A stretch of DNA of 64,000 bases from Candidatus Thalassarchaeaceae archaeon. GTDB taxonomy: Archaea; Thermoplasmatota; Poseidoniia; Poseidoniales; Thalassarchaeaceae. Made by a program: the position numbers and the translations under genes. The stretch spans positions 5,244-69,243 of the forward strand of contig JASLKP010000004.1 of assembly GCA_030747485.1 (NCBI GenBank). The letters run 5' to 3'. This document shows positions 9,487 to 18,293 of this stretch, piece by piece (within the stretch, counting starts at the first letter, position 1; every line of letters begins with the position of its first letter). Under the pieces are notes generated by a model. It ran no database searches, was not told where the DNA came from, and saw only the letters and a list, made by a program, of their open reading frames with translations.

Positions 9487-10577
9487 GATGGCCATGGCAC
9501 ATTAGGTCTCGACCAAAGTGTTGCAGTATCACCATCCCAAGATTTCTTTCCGATTACAGCGAGCCCTGCGTCATTGAGTGTATTCCCATCAATGCCACTT
9601 GGTGTTCCATCTCCGAGAACTTTCGTTGATTGAATGATGATTGCCCTATCAACCAGTTTCTCCTCTAAGAACTGGGCCCATACATCAGGTCCTCCTTCGA
9701 TGAGCAATTCTTGAATCCCACGATCACCAAGATGGTCTAACAATGCATTGAGTTCAACACCATGTGCCCCTGTCGGTAATGCAATTCCTTCTTGATCAGG
9801 CAAGGTATGAACAACAATCGTCTCACCCTCATCGTTCAATACTTTGGAATTTTCAGGAATTCTGCGTGTACGATCTAATACAATCCGCAGCGGTTGTCGA
9901 CTTTGACGAATTGGTATTCGACGAATATTGAGGACAGGGTCGTCATTGACAATTGTATTCACGCCCACCAAAATTGCATCACAATATTTTCTGAGTCTAT
10001 GAGCGGCATCTAGCGATGCATCTGAGGTAAATCTTCCATTGGTAGCACCATCAACAACACCATTTGAATCTAGAGCCGCTTTCAGGGTCACCATCGGTCG
10101 TTTTTGTAAACACCAATGCATAAATGCCTGCATTTGTGTTCTCGCTTCATTTTGCATGAGACCTTCTCTGACAGAAATTCCAGCCTCAAGCAGAACTTGG
10201 ATACCTTCTCCACGAACGGTTGGATTTGGGTCGCGAGTTGCAACGATGACTTCACCAACACCAGCCCAAAGAAGTGCTTGGGTACAAGGGGGTGTCAATC
10301 CGAAATGGTTGCAAGGCTCTAGTGTAACAAATGCCGTACAACCTTCAGTTGGCACTCCTCGTGATTCAGCATCAGCAATTGCAGCTTGCTCAGCGTGTAA
10401 ATCACCGAGATGGTCATGCCAACCTTCTGCAATGATTTTTCCATGTTGTACTAGAACACAACCAACCGGAGGGTTTGGAGATACCTGTCCACGACCTCTT
10501 TCAGCCAGTTCAATTGCCCGTGACATACAGGCGGTCTCAAACTCCGACCAGACTTCAGACAGGGGGTCCACCGTCAC
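9471..10577 (-). CDS. ribD: Bifunctional riboflavin biosynthesis protein RibD (pyrimidine deaminase/reductase)
   Basis: Deaminase zinc motifs HAEQAAI and TLEPCNHFGLTPPC. The C-terminal reductase half contains ILVGVNTIVNDDP. Confidence 0.9.
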   Translation of the reverse strand: MTVDPLSEVWSEFETACMSRAIELAERGRGQVSPNPPVGCVLVQHGKIIAEGWHDHLGDLHAEQAAIADAESRGVPTEGCTAFVTLEPCNHFGLTPPCTQALLWAGVGEVIVATRDPNPTVRGEGIQVLLEAGISVREGLMQNEARTQMQAFMHWCLQKRPMVTLKAALDSNGVVDGATNGRFTSDASLDAAHRLRKYCDAILVGVNTIVNDDPVLNIRRIPIRQSRQPLRIVLDRTRRIPENSKVLNDEGETIVVHTLPDQEGIALPTGAHGVELNALLDHLGDRGIQELLIEGGPDVWAQFLEEKLVDRAIIIQSTKVLGDGTPSGIDGNTLNDAGLAVIGKKSWDGDTATLWSRPNVPWPSQDWP

Positions 10578-10656
10578 TTGCGACTGTCATACCCCTCATG
10601 GATGCTCCGACGAAATAGGGCGAATGCTCATGTCCTAATGCCTCTCTGCGCGTAGC

Positions 10657-11685
10657 ATGGTCCGCATCGCCTGCGTTGTGAATCCGGCCGGGCGGGACGG
10701 ATACGTTCGCAAACGTTGGTCAATGATTGAGGAGTTAATTGAGGCCGAGGGCCTCGATTTTGAAGCACATTGGACTGAGCGCACAGGTCACGCTGCAGAA
10801 ATTGCATACGAACTTCGTAATCGAGAAGATCTCGATATCGTGGTTGCTGTAGGGGGTGATGGAACCATGAACGAAGTCGCCAGTGGTCTTCGAGGTACGT
10901 CAATGACGATGGGAATCATCCCAATGGGTAGTGGAAATGACTACGCGCGCGCACATGGCATTCCTCTGTTAGATCCAGCAGCATCAATTCCTCTCCTCAA
11001 GAATGGAGTTGATCGTAGAGTTGGCGCTATGCGCATTGACGGTGTTCCTGCTCCAGCCCTTCCACATTATCCATCGCCGATTGAAACTGTTTGGGATGGT
11101 TCAGCAGATGAAGCAATGATGGTACGTCGTTGGGCTTTCTTAGAATCTGATGGGGGAACAACAAGTGACGTCTCCCGTCGAAAGACACTGGGTCAGGGAA
11201 AGCGCATTCGTGGTACAGCGAAGTACACCTATCTGGGAATCAAGAGTATTTTTGGTTGGAAGAAACAAGATGCTTGGCTCCAAGTGAATGAAGACATCCT
11301 AGGTCGACGAGATATGAGCGGTTTGTTTTGTGCAATCATGACTGAAACATTTGGTGGAGGATATCGAGTCGCACCAGGTATGTCTGTCACAAGGTCATCC
11401 TTTGATCTCATCATGGCCAATGGCTTATCCAAATCACAAATGCTGCGAATCATGGGTCCAATGAAGAAGGGGACCCATATTGGTAAATGGGGCATTAGTC
11501 AACAGTCAGCCACGCGATTTGAGATTCGTAATATCGATGGCGATGACAATCCTTCAGATCAACAACATGAACCACCTATGTGGATTCAAGTTGATGGTGA
11601 ACCCTGTTTGATGACTCCTGCAATTATTCAATTCGTGGATGATCAATTAACTGTGCGTGGCGGAGCAAGCATTCCGAATGCCTAA
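10657..11685 (+). CDS. Diacylglycerol-kinase-family lipid kinase (YegS/BmrU-like)
   Basis: VVAVGGDGTMNEVASGL and GIIPMGSGNDYAR are the DAGK catalytic-domain motifs. Confidence 0.8.
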   Translation: MVRIACVVNPAGRDGYVRKRWSMIEELIEAEGLDFEAHWTERTGHAAEIAYELRNREDLDIVVAVGGDGTMNEVASGLRGTSMTMGIIPMGSGNDYARAHGIPLLDPAASIPLLKNGVDRRVGAMRIDGVPAPALPHYPSPIETVWDGSADEAMMVRRWAFLESDGGTTSDVSRRKTLGQGKRIRGTAKYTYLGIKSIFGWKKQDAWLQVNEDILGRRDMSGLFCAIMTETFGGGYRVAPGMSVTRSSFDLIMANGLSKSQMLRIMGPMKKGTHIGKWGISQQSATRFEIRNIDGDDNPSDQQHEPPMWIQVDGEPCLMTPAIIQFVDDQLTVRGGASIPNA

Positions 11686-11686
11686 C

Positions 11687-13135
11687 TCAGAATGAGAAGT
11701 CACCGAAGTCATCGTCGTCAATGATATCTGGACCATCGACTTCTGTGCCATGTCTTTCTACAGTCTCTTCCTCAGGTTCCGGTTCAGATTTCTTTGTTTT
11801 CCGGGTTTTTCGGGTCTTTGGCGCTTCAGCCTTAGTTTCCGGCGAACTACTTTTCTTTGGAGTGGATGTTTGTGTTGAAGATACTCCTCCCGTCACACGA
11901 CCTCGTCGCTGAGAACCACTGGAATCGATATTTCCGACAAGTCCTCGTAGTCCCTTTTCTTTGAATTTCATTTCCAATTCAAGTTCCTCTTGCATTTCAG
12001 AAATTTGTTCATCCATATGTTTTGCTTCTTCAGTCACTGTTGCTCCAGTTCCTGCTACAAAGTGGCCAGTACTTGCATCTGGAGAGTCTTCAGCTAGTGC
12101 AGCATCGACATCGAATTTCGGTACATCTCCTGCTTTGGGCTTTCGTTTCTTTCCTTTTGCTTCTGCCTTTAGTGCAGCAGCCTGTGCCTTGACTCGAGCC
12201 TCATGTCGTGCGGCTTCATGTACAGCGGTTTTCCCTGCTCGCATTTGATCATCCGAGAGCATCGTTTGTGCTCTTTCATCTGCTGATTGCATAATCATAT
12301 TTCGAGAGAATATGAACATCGCTCCCGCGCCGACAATCGATAGAAGGATGATGATGGTGTATATGGTCCTACCAAAGATTGGAACATCTCCCATCACGTA
12401 TTCATTCTGAGAATCAATGACTCGTTCGCTTGAACCATGTTTGATTGAAGTAACGACAAAATTTCCATTCCATCCACAAGGATCTGCTGAGCAACCAGGT
12501 GGAGCCGCATCTAAGGAACAACCATCCAATGTGTAACCGCTTGGCGCACCCATATTGTCACCGCCCAACATGTAACCCTTGAGTTGAACAGCCTGATTTG
12601 TATCCATATTCATTGCAGCATGTAATACGTTCTCATTGGCGGGAACAATGCCTACTAGCACCCAATTCTTTTGTGGAAAACTACCTTTGTCAGAGGAGAC
12701 TTGGTTTCCATCAACATACGGAATCACTTCAGCGTATGTTGGCATTTGCCAATCATTGTCTCTGTTGGCAATTGATACATGTATTGAACCAGGGTCTACA
12801 TCTTGAGCACTATTGTAACTCATTTCTTTCATAATCCATGATGTAACAGCAGGATAACCTCCACTTGGAGGAGATTCGAAGGTATTGGTTTGAACCAACC
12901 ACCCTGAAATTGAAATTTTGTCCCCATCTTCATTACATCCTGCAATTGAATAATCTCTTTCAAGAGCAGAACCAGATGATAATTTGTTGGTGATTGACCC
13001 ATTCATTCCATTACTGTTGATATGAGTACTATATTCTCCATTTCCAGTACCCCATTCAACGCTCACGCCCCCCAAGCATCCCGCAAAAGTAGACATCAGA
13101 AAAAGCAGACCGAGCAGTGGGGCAATGCGTCGCAC
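11687..13135 (-). CDS. Lipobox-bearing surface protein with TM anchor and long charged cytoplasmic tail, function unknown
   Basis: N-terminus MRRIAPLLGLLFLMSTFAGCLGG (lipobox-like AGC), a ~260-aa ectodomain, TM helix TIYTIIILLSIVGAGAMFIF, and a Lys/Glu-rich tail ending DDDDFGDFSF. Confidence 0.65.
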   Translation of the reverse strand: MRRIAPLLGLLFLMSTFAGCLGGVSVEWGTGNGEYSTHINSNGMNGSITNKLSSGSALERDYSIAGCNEDGDKISISGWLVQTNTFESPPSGGYPAVTSWIMKEMSYNSAQDVDPGSIHVSIANRDNDWQMPTYAEVIPYVDGNQVSSDKGSFPQKNWVLVGIVPANENVLHAAMNMDTNQAVQLKGYMLGGDNMGAPSGYTLDGCSLDAAPPGCSADPCGWNGNFVVTSIKHGSSERVIDSQNEYVMGDVPIFGRTIYTIIILLSIVGAGAMFIFSRNMIMQSADERAQTMLSDDQMRAGKTAVHEAARHEARVKAQAAALKAEAKGKKRKPKAGDVPKFDVDAALAEDSPDASTGHFVAGTGATVTEEAKHMDEQISEMQEELELEMKFKEKGLRGLVGNIDSSGSQRRGRVTGGVSSTQTSTPKKSSSPETKAEAPKTRKTRKTKKSEPEPEEETVERHGTEVDGPDIIDDDDFGDFSF

Positions 13136-13190
13136 GGTGTGCTGATGTCAGACTTCATTGAATACTGTTCGCCCAAAGGAGAGTGCTAAT

Positions 13191-14312
13191 TCAATGGTGG
13201 TGGTGTTCCATATCATCAGTTTCTGAATGATGTCCTAACAGATATTCCAAATCTTCCACAAATTCAGAAGGGGTCCAATCTTGTCCGACATGTACAATTC
13301 TCTTGTTACCCTCCATGTCGATGATGAAGGTAACTGTATTGTGGCCTACTGTGTAAATCTCTTCATCGTCGGCAGATTCAGATTCGCCATGTTCGTGCTC
13401 ATGATCCATATCCATGGCCATGCCGGGAGTTGGTAATTGTGAGAGGTTTGCATTCGATGCAGCCCAAGCTAAGTGGTTTGTATCATGCATGATGATGATA
13501 TCATCTGCACCTTTATTTGGGTCGTAATCCCATGATGAATTGGTTTCATTCCAATAATACAGGACCCACCACCATGAGGAATCACTGGGTGCTTCATGTC
13601 CATTAATCTCAGTAAGCATATTACCACAGCATTCGTAATATGATGAGTTCATGGAGACATTGTTCATCATGAGAGTACTCGTTGTCAAATTCCAACCCGT
13701 CGCATTTTCTTCGGGCAACATGTCGTGATGTCCATCCAGAAGTGCAGTGGAATTGTCAGGATAGAGAACAGCGACTTGATGTGACATCTCAGAATGATTA
13801 CTGTGGTCACTATGGTTGCTCAGAATATGGTCATTATTCACGTTCAAGTGATACTGGTCCCAAACTCCTGTTTTGTTATCGTTCTCAAAATCTTCCCAAT
13901 AGTCACTGGTAAGGTGAGACCAATTGTATCCTCGATCATTTGTCCATTCAAGTAGATGTTCTTGAGTATCTCTTGCAGGGTCGATTGTAATTGATAGGAT
14001 GACAAGATTTTCGTCACCTGCAATTGCATCATTGTTATTCACAGCATGGAGATTTGCTTCAATCGCTAGGCAAACGTCAGGACAGGAAGTATATGTGAAA
14101 GCAACAACAACTACCTTACCTTCAAAATCTGACATAGAAATGAGGTTTCCATGTTGGTCTGTGAGAGTAAAGTCTGGTGCTTGACGAGCGGGATTGTACT
14201 CGTCCCCATTGAAGTGATACGAACTATCTTCAGTATGATCATGATCATCATTTCCCAAACAACCAGGGAGGGCAATCATTACTGACAATAATAACACAAA
14301 GCATCTACGCAT
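13191..14312 (-). CDS. sco1: SCO1/SenC copper chaperone (thioredoxin fold) with a large internal insertion and His-rich termini
   Basis: CxxxC motif FTYTSCPDVC, C-terminal SCO block IYTVGHNTVTFIIDMEGNKRIVHVG, lipobox LPGCLGN, and tail DMEHHHH. ATG 14312 is preferred over TTG 14318. Confidence 0.8.
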   Translation of the reverse strand: MRRCFVLLLSVMIALPGCLGNDDHDHTEDSSYHFNGDEYNPARQAPDFTLTDQHGNLISMSDFEGKVVVVAFTYTSCPDVCLAIEANLHAVNNNDAIAGDENLVILSITIDPARDTQEHLLEWTNDRGYNWSHLTSDYWEDFENDNKTGVWDQYHLNVNNDHILSNHSDHSNHSEMSHQVAVLYPDNSTALLDGHHDMLPEENATGWNLTTSTLMMNNVSMNSSYYECCGNMLTEINGHEAPSDSSWWWVLYYWNETNSSWDYDPNKGADDIIIMHDTNHLAWAASNANLSQLPTPGMAMDMDHEHEHGESESADDEEIYTVGHNTVTFIIDMEGNKRIVHVGQDWTPSEFVEDLEYLLGHHSETDDMEHHHH

Positions 14313-14362
14313 AACCAAGGCCGAATGTCACTATCGTATAGTGATTATCTTGTTTAGATGAG

Positions 14363-14447
14363 TGGCGCGGACGGAGAGATTTGAACTCCCGCGGTAAATA
14401 CCACCGGATTTCAAATCCGGCGCGATACCAGGCTATGCGACGTCCGC
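14363..14447 (-). tRNA. tRNA-Ser (anticodon UGA), CCA encoded
   Basis: 85 nt: acceptor GCGGACG/CGTCCGC, anticodon stem CCGGA/TCCGG with loop UUUGAAA, long variable arm (GGT-ATTT-ACC), T-loop TTCAAAT, and 3' GCCA. Confidence 0.88.
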
Positions 14448-14475
14448 TCAGTAGGTTCTGTGAGCATCTACGTCA

Positions 14476-14485
14476 TAGCATTTAG
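14476..14485 (-). promoter_or_regulatory. TATA-like box upstream of tRNA-Ser
   Basis: TAAATGCTAT on the minus strand ends about 28 nt upstream of the mature tRNA 5' end. This spacing is typical of archaeal promoters. Confidence 0.3.
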
Positions 14486-14491
14486 CCGACA

Positions 14492-14869
14492 TCAGTTGTA
14501 GAAGCCGGGTCGACACCAATTCGGAAGATTGCCTGCAGCCTCTGGATGCGTTAGACCGATGAAGAACACCATGACAACAATGAAGAACACAGGGAATAGT
14601 GCTGTAGCCGTCAGAACCCTACTATCTGGATCACCCTTCAAATGCATGAAAATCGCAGCAATACCATAACCCTTGACAAGACCTACAATCACTAGAATCC
14701 ATACCACTGTGGTCATACTAACCGTTCCTTCCATTGAGAACGTAAGCGCAACAGCAACGATTTCAATTGCAGTGAAAATCATAAGAATGGCGAAATTCAT
14801 GTTGTAGGCGTCAAAGCCAAACAATGTGTGATGATGTTCGTCGTGATGTCCATTTTCGCTCATGTTCAT
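14492..14869 (-). CDS. Small membrane subunit, prokaryotic cytochrome oxidase subunit IV-like
   Basis: Three hydrophobic helices. LVKGYGIAAIFMHLKGD resembles the KAxLVxxxFMHL signature of COX4_pro proteins. It lies directly downstream of coxC and has a His-rich N-terminus NGHHDEHHH. Confidence 0.55.
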   Translation of the reverse strand: MNMSENGHHDEHHHTLFGFDAYNMNFAILMIFTAIEIVAVALTFSMEGTVSMTTVVWILVIVGLVKGYGIAAIFMHLKGDPDSRVLTATALFPVFFIVVMVFFIGLTHPEAAGNLPNWCRPGFYN

Positions 14870-14875
14870 TCCTCA

Positions 14876-15970
14876 CTAATACAAATAGAATCCTGGGAAT
14901 ACCAATACCCAAACCAAGTCCACGAAATGCCAATACAATCCGAAGTATTCGATACTGACCGCATTTTGAGGAGTATAACCGCCTTGGAACGCTTTGATGA
15001 CCATATAGACAAGAGCAACCATTCCACCAAATACGTGAACACCGTGAGTCCCAGTCGTCACATAGAATGTAGAAGCAGCCATTCGAACGTCAACAGAATA
15101 CGTCGTCATTGCCCCTTCTGCGCAATGGTGATCATGCCATTCTGAACAGACCTGGTATGTGTAGTCACTAGCGTGTATGGTGAATCCATCGGCTAGAAGA
15201 CTTGGCGAGTAAAAGATTGGATGTTCTTCCGAACCAATTTCAAACCCAACGAACCACTCAACCATCTTGAACACCAAGAAGAGTGTTGCAAGGATTAGAG
15301 TCGTGAGTAGATACATGCCCACCTTTCTGCTGCGTTCTGCATCACTGAGATTCTTGTTCTTAGCAGCTTTCAGTGCGAGTACAACCGTGTATGAAGAAAT
15401 AATGAGGGCGAAAGTATTGATTGCGCCAGGGATGAGCGTATCTGGCATGAACCCGAGTGCTGCGTGAGCCGTCTCTTGATGCCATCCACCTTCTGCAATG
15501 AAGTATGAGGCAGGTAGCCAACAAGCTTCACCATCAACGAGGGTACCGGCATTGTGTAGTGATTCACAACTATCAATCCCTGAACGATATCGAATATAGG
15601 TGCTGAATAGGCTACTGAATACCATCATTTCAGACATTAGGAACATCCATACTGCTACCTTTCTAACGTCAATTCCACGGAATGGAACACCTCTGGACTT
15701 TGCTTCATAAGAACCATCGTGGCCCCAATCCTGAGTCCAGAACACTCCCAATCCAGCGAAGAATATCGCTAACCCTGCAATCATTCCCCAAATTTCACCA
15801 GTATGAATTGCATATTCCCATGCACCTCCATCCCATGATTGAGTGAACACCTTGGAGAATCCAAGTAAGAAGAAACTAGATCCAAAGGCCAACAAGATCG
15901 GGGCCCACGAGTTGTGAGGGGTGTGCCACCCGTGATGGTCATCATGATGATCATCATGTCCGTAACTCAA
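14876..15970 (-). CDS. coxC: Cytochrome c oxidase subunit III (extended form)
   Basis: C-terminal YWHFVDLVWVLVFPGFYLY, TGTHGVHVFGG and FLMSEMMVFSSLF. At 364 aa it is longer than usual. Its start overlaps the coxA stop by 4 nt. Confidence 0.9.
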   Translation of the reverse strand: MSYGHDDHHDDHHGWHTPHNSWAPILLAFGSSFFLLGFSKVFTQSWDGGAWEYAIHTGEIWGMIAGLAIFFAGLGVFWTQDWGHDGSYEAKSRGVPFRGIDVRKVAVWMFLMSEMMVFSSLFSTYIRYRSGIDSCESLHNAGTLVDGEACWLPASYFIAEGGWHQETAHAALGFMPDTLIPGAINTFALIISSYTVVLALKAAKNKNLSDAERSRKVGMYLLTTLILATLFLVFKMVEWFVGFEIGSEEHPIFYSPSLLADGFTIHASDYTYQVCSEWHDHHCAEGAMTTYSVDVRMAASTFYVTTGTHGVHVFGGMVALVYMVIKAFQGGYTPQNAVSIEYFGLYWHFVDLVWVLVFPGFYLY

Positions 15971-18291
15971 TATTCCACCTCCTCATCAACTGGCATCATC
16001 ATTCTTTCAATCATTCTTCCAAAGAATCCTTCATCTCCCTCGTGTTCATGTAAACTGGTATCTAAGACAGGTGGATTATCTTCAGAGAATGAAGGTGTGG
16101 GTGGAGGGCTTGTCGTCATCCATTCAAATGACCAACCACCCCATGGGTTGTCGGGTGCTTTTGCTCCTCTCAAAGCGCTACTCAATACATTGTACACAAG
16201 AATCAGATTACTTGCAAAGAAGCAAAATGCTGCAATTGTAATCATCATGTTCCAATCTGCTGCTTCGGGAGGTAGTGCGAAATAATCATCCGTTGTAATG
16301 AAGTATGTGTGTTGACGACGTGGCATACCCCATATCCCAAGGCGATGCATTGGCCAGAATACCATATTGTATGATGTATATCCAGTAATGAAGTGAATGA
16401 TACCCAGTTTTTCATTCATCATCTTACCAGTTGCCTTCGGGAACCAATAGTAAATTCCGGCATACAATGCAAAGACAATGCCTCCCACGAATACATAGTG
16501 GAAATGAGCCACAACGAAGTACGTCTCGTGTAAGTGCAGGTCCATTGCGATTGATGGGAAGTACATTCCAGAGATTCCACCCAATGTGAAAGTGACTAGG
16601 AACCCTAGGGTCCACAATGTGTGTGTTCTGTATACTAGGCTACCACCATGCATGGTTTGCAACCAATTGAAAATCTTGATTCCAGTTGGGACCGCAACCA
16701 GCATTGTAGTGAGCATTGTCACGAAGCGTAGTGTGGGATCCATTCCACTGGTGAACATGTGATGTCCATAGACAATGAAAGCAAGTAAGCCGATACCAGC
16801 CATTGCAAATACCATTGATTTGTAACCAAAGATTGTTTTCCTTGCACTCGTAGAAATAACCTCAGAAACGATTCCGAAAGCAGGTACAACAACGACGTAT
16901 ACTTCAGGGTGTCCAAAGTACCAGAATAGGTGACTCCACAATAGTGGATCGCCTCCAGCAGCGACTTCGTAGAACGTCGTTCCTATTGTCCGATCTAGGA
17001 ATACCTGTATCAGACCGATTCCAAACGCAGGGATTGAAATGAAGAGCATTAGAGTTGCTACCAACATCGACCATGAGAATAGTGGCATATTCATCCAACC
17101 CATGTTTGGTGCTCGCATGGTACAAAACGTGGTCATGAAGTTAATTCCAGAAATGGTCGATGATGCGACCGCCAAAATCTGGCCCGCTACCCAAAGTGTC
17201 GCTCCTGAATGCGCAGTATCCGAAACGATGTAGGGGGCGTATCCAGTCCAACCAGTGTCTGCTGCCTGTCCTGAGAAAATGCCAGTAAAGATGAGTAATG
17301 CGGCGGCTGGATTCAACCAGAACGCTAGAGCATTCAATCGTGGTAGAGCCAAATCGTGCGCTCCAATCTGTAATGGCACGATCCAGTTCGCAAATCCTGC
17401 AATCATTGGCATTGCTGCAAGGAAAATCATCACTGTCCCGTGCATCGTGAAGAATTGATTGTATTCATCAACAGTGAGGAAATCATTCCCTGGGGCAGCC
17501 AATTGAATGCGGAAAATCAATGCGAAAATCCCGCCGACTCCAAGGAAGAACAAACCATTCAGGAAGTAAAGTGTACCGACCTTCTTGTGGTCCGTACTTG
17601 TTAGCCACTCAGAAATCCATGGCCAAAAGTTGTCCCACGCAAATGCGTCAGGTGCTCTACGATAAAATACCCACAACAAACACATGGATGTGATTATAAC
17701 CATCAACAGGATTGAACTTCCCAGAACAATCAAACCACGGGCCTGTTCAATTGGTTGTTCTCCAAGGGTGATTGTGAGCCTTGCATATTCATCTCCACCA
17801 CTTGTACCATCACCGTTGACAGAATTAGTATGGAGGATGAATTTCGCTCCACCTTCAAGTGGAGCAGTCCATTCGACTACCCATAGGGTTTGGTCATTTC
17901 CAGATCCAACGTCATCCTTGTCTACACCTGCGTGCGTGAGACTCTTACCGTCAGAATTTGCCTTGACTTTATCATCTGTAGGGGCCAGTGTTCCTGCGCT
18001 TGCCCAAAGATGGAATCCACCCAACGCTTTGTTCAATCCAGTACCTGACGGGCCACCAGTGAATGATACGTTTAGGGTGTAAACAACTCCAGGTTCAATG
18101 ACTTCTGGAAGTCCTTCAATTGAAGGAACAACATCAGGACTAGATTCTCCGTGACATGTACAGCCACTGTTTTCTACTCCAGATACGCCATAAGGATAAG
18201 ATTGCGCAGTGGGCGCAATCACTACAGAGAAAAGGAGCACCATCAGAAGTGCAATTACAGTACGATTTTTGTTTGAAACCAACATCATCAC
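15967..18291 (-). CDS. coxA: Cytochrome c oxidase subunit I (A-type heme-copper oxidase) with fused N-terminal secreted module
   Basis: YFGHPEVYVVVVPAFG, YGHHMFTSG and VVAHFHYVFVGG. The core begins near aa 225, preceded by a signal-like helix, a ~150-aa soluble domain and an extra TM. Confidence 0.92.
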   Translation of the reverse strand: MMMLVSNKNRTVIALLMVLLFSVVIAPTAQSYPYGVSGVENSGCTCHGESSPDVVPSIEGLPEVIEPGVVYTLNVSFTGGPSGTGLNKALGGFHLWASAGTLAPTDDKVKANSDGKSLTHAGVDKDDVGSGNDQTLWVVEWTAPLEGGAKFILHTNSVNGDGTSGGDEYARLTITLGEQPIEQARGLIVLGSSILLMVIITSMCLLWVFYRRAPDAFAWDNFWPWISEWLTSTDHKKVGTLYFLNGLFFLGVGGIFALIFRIQLAAPGNDFLTVDEYNQFFTMHGTVMIFLAAMPMIAGFANWIVPLQIGAHDLALPRLNALAFWLNPAAALLIFTGIFSGQAADTGWTGYAPYIVSDTAHSGATLWVAGQILAVASSTISGINFMTTFCTMRAPNMGWMNMPLFSWSMLVATLMLFISIPAFGIGLIQVFLDRTIGTTFYEVAAGGDPLLWSHLFWYFGHPEVYVVVVPAFGIVSEVISTSARKTIFGYKSMVFAMAGIGLLAFIVYGHHMFTSGMDPTLRFVTMLTTMLVAVPTGIKIFNWLQTMHGGSLVYRTHTLWTLGFLVTFTLGGISGMYFPSIAMDLHLHETYFVVAHFHYVFVGGIVFALYAGIYYWFPKATGKMMNEKLGIIHFITGYTSYNMVFWPMHRLGIWGMPRRQHTYFITTDDYFALPPEAADWNMMITIAAFCFFASNLILVYNVLSSALRGAKAPDNPWGGWSFEWMTTSPPPTPSFSEDNPPVLDTSLHEHEGDEGFFGRMIERMMMPVDEEVEY

Positions 18292-18293
18292 CT

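Noticed and set aside
10039-10638. A 199-aa plus-strand ORF.
   Set aside because: It lies entirely antisense to ribD, which has unambiguous catalytic motifs. Its sequence is Ser/Pro/Cys-rich noise.
18151-18162. Calling the CoxI N-terminal module a c-type cytochrome on the basis of GCTCHG.
   Set aside because: The motif is CxCH, not CxxCH or a known variant (CxxxCH, CxxxxCH, CxxCK). Covalent heme attachment cannot be inferred, so it is kept only as an open question in the findings.
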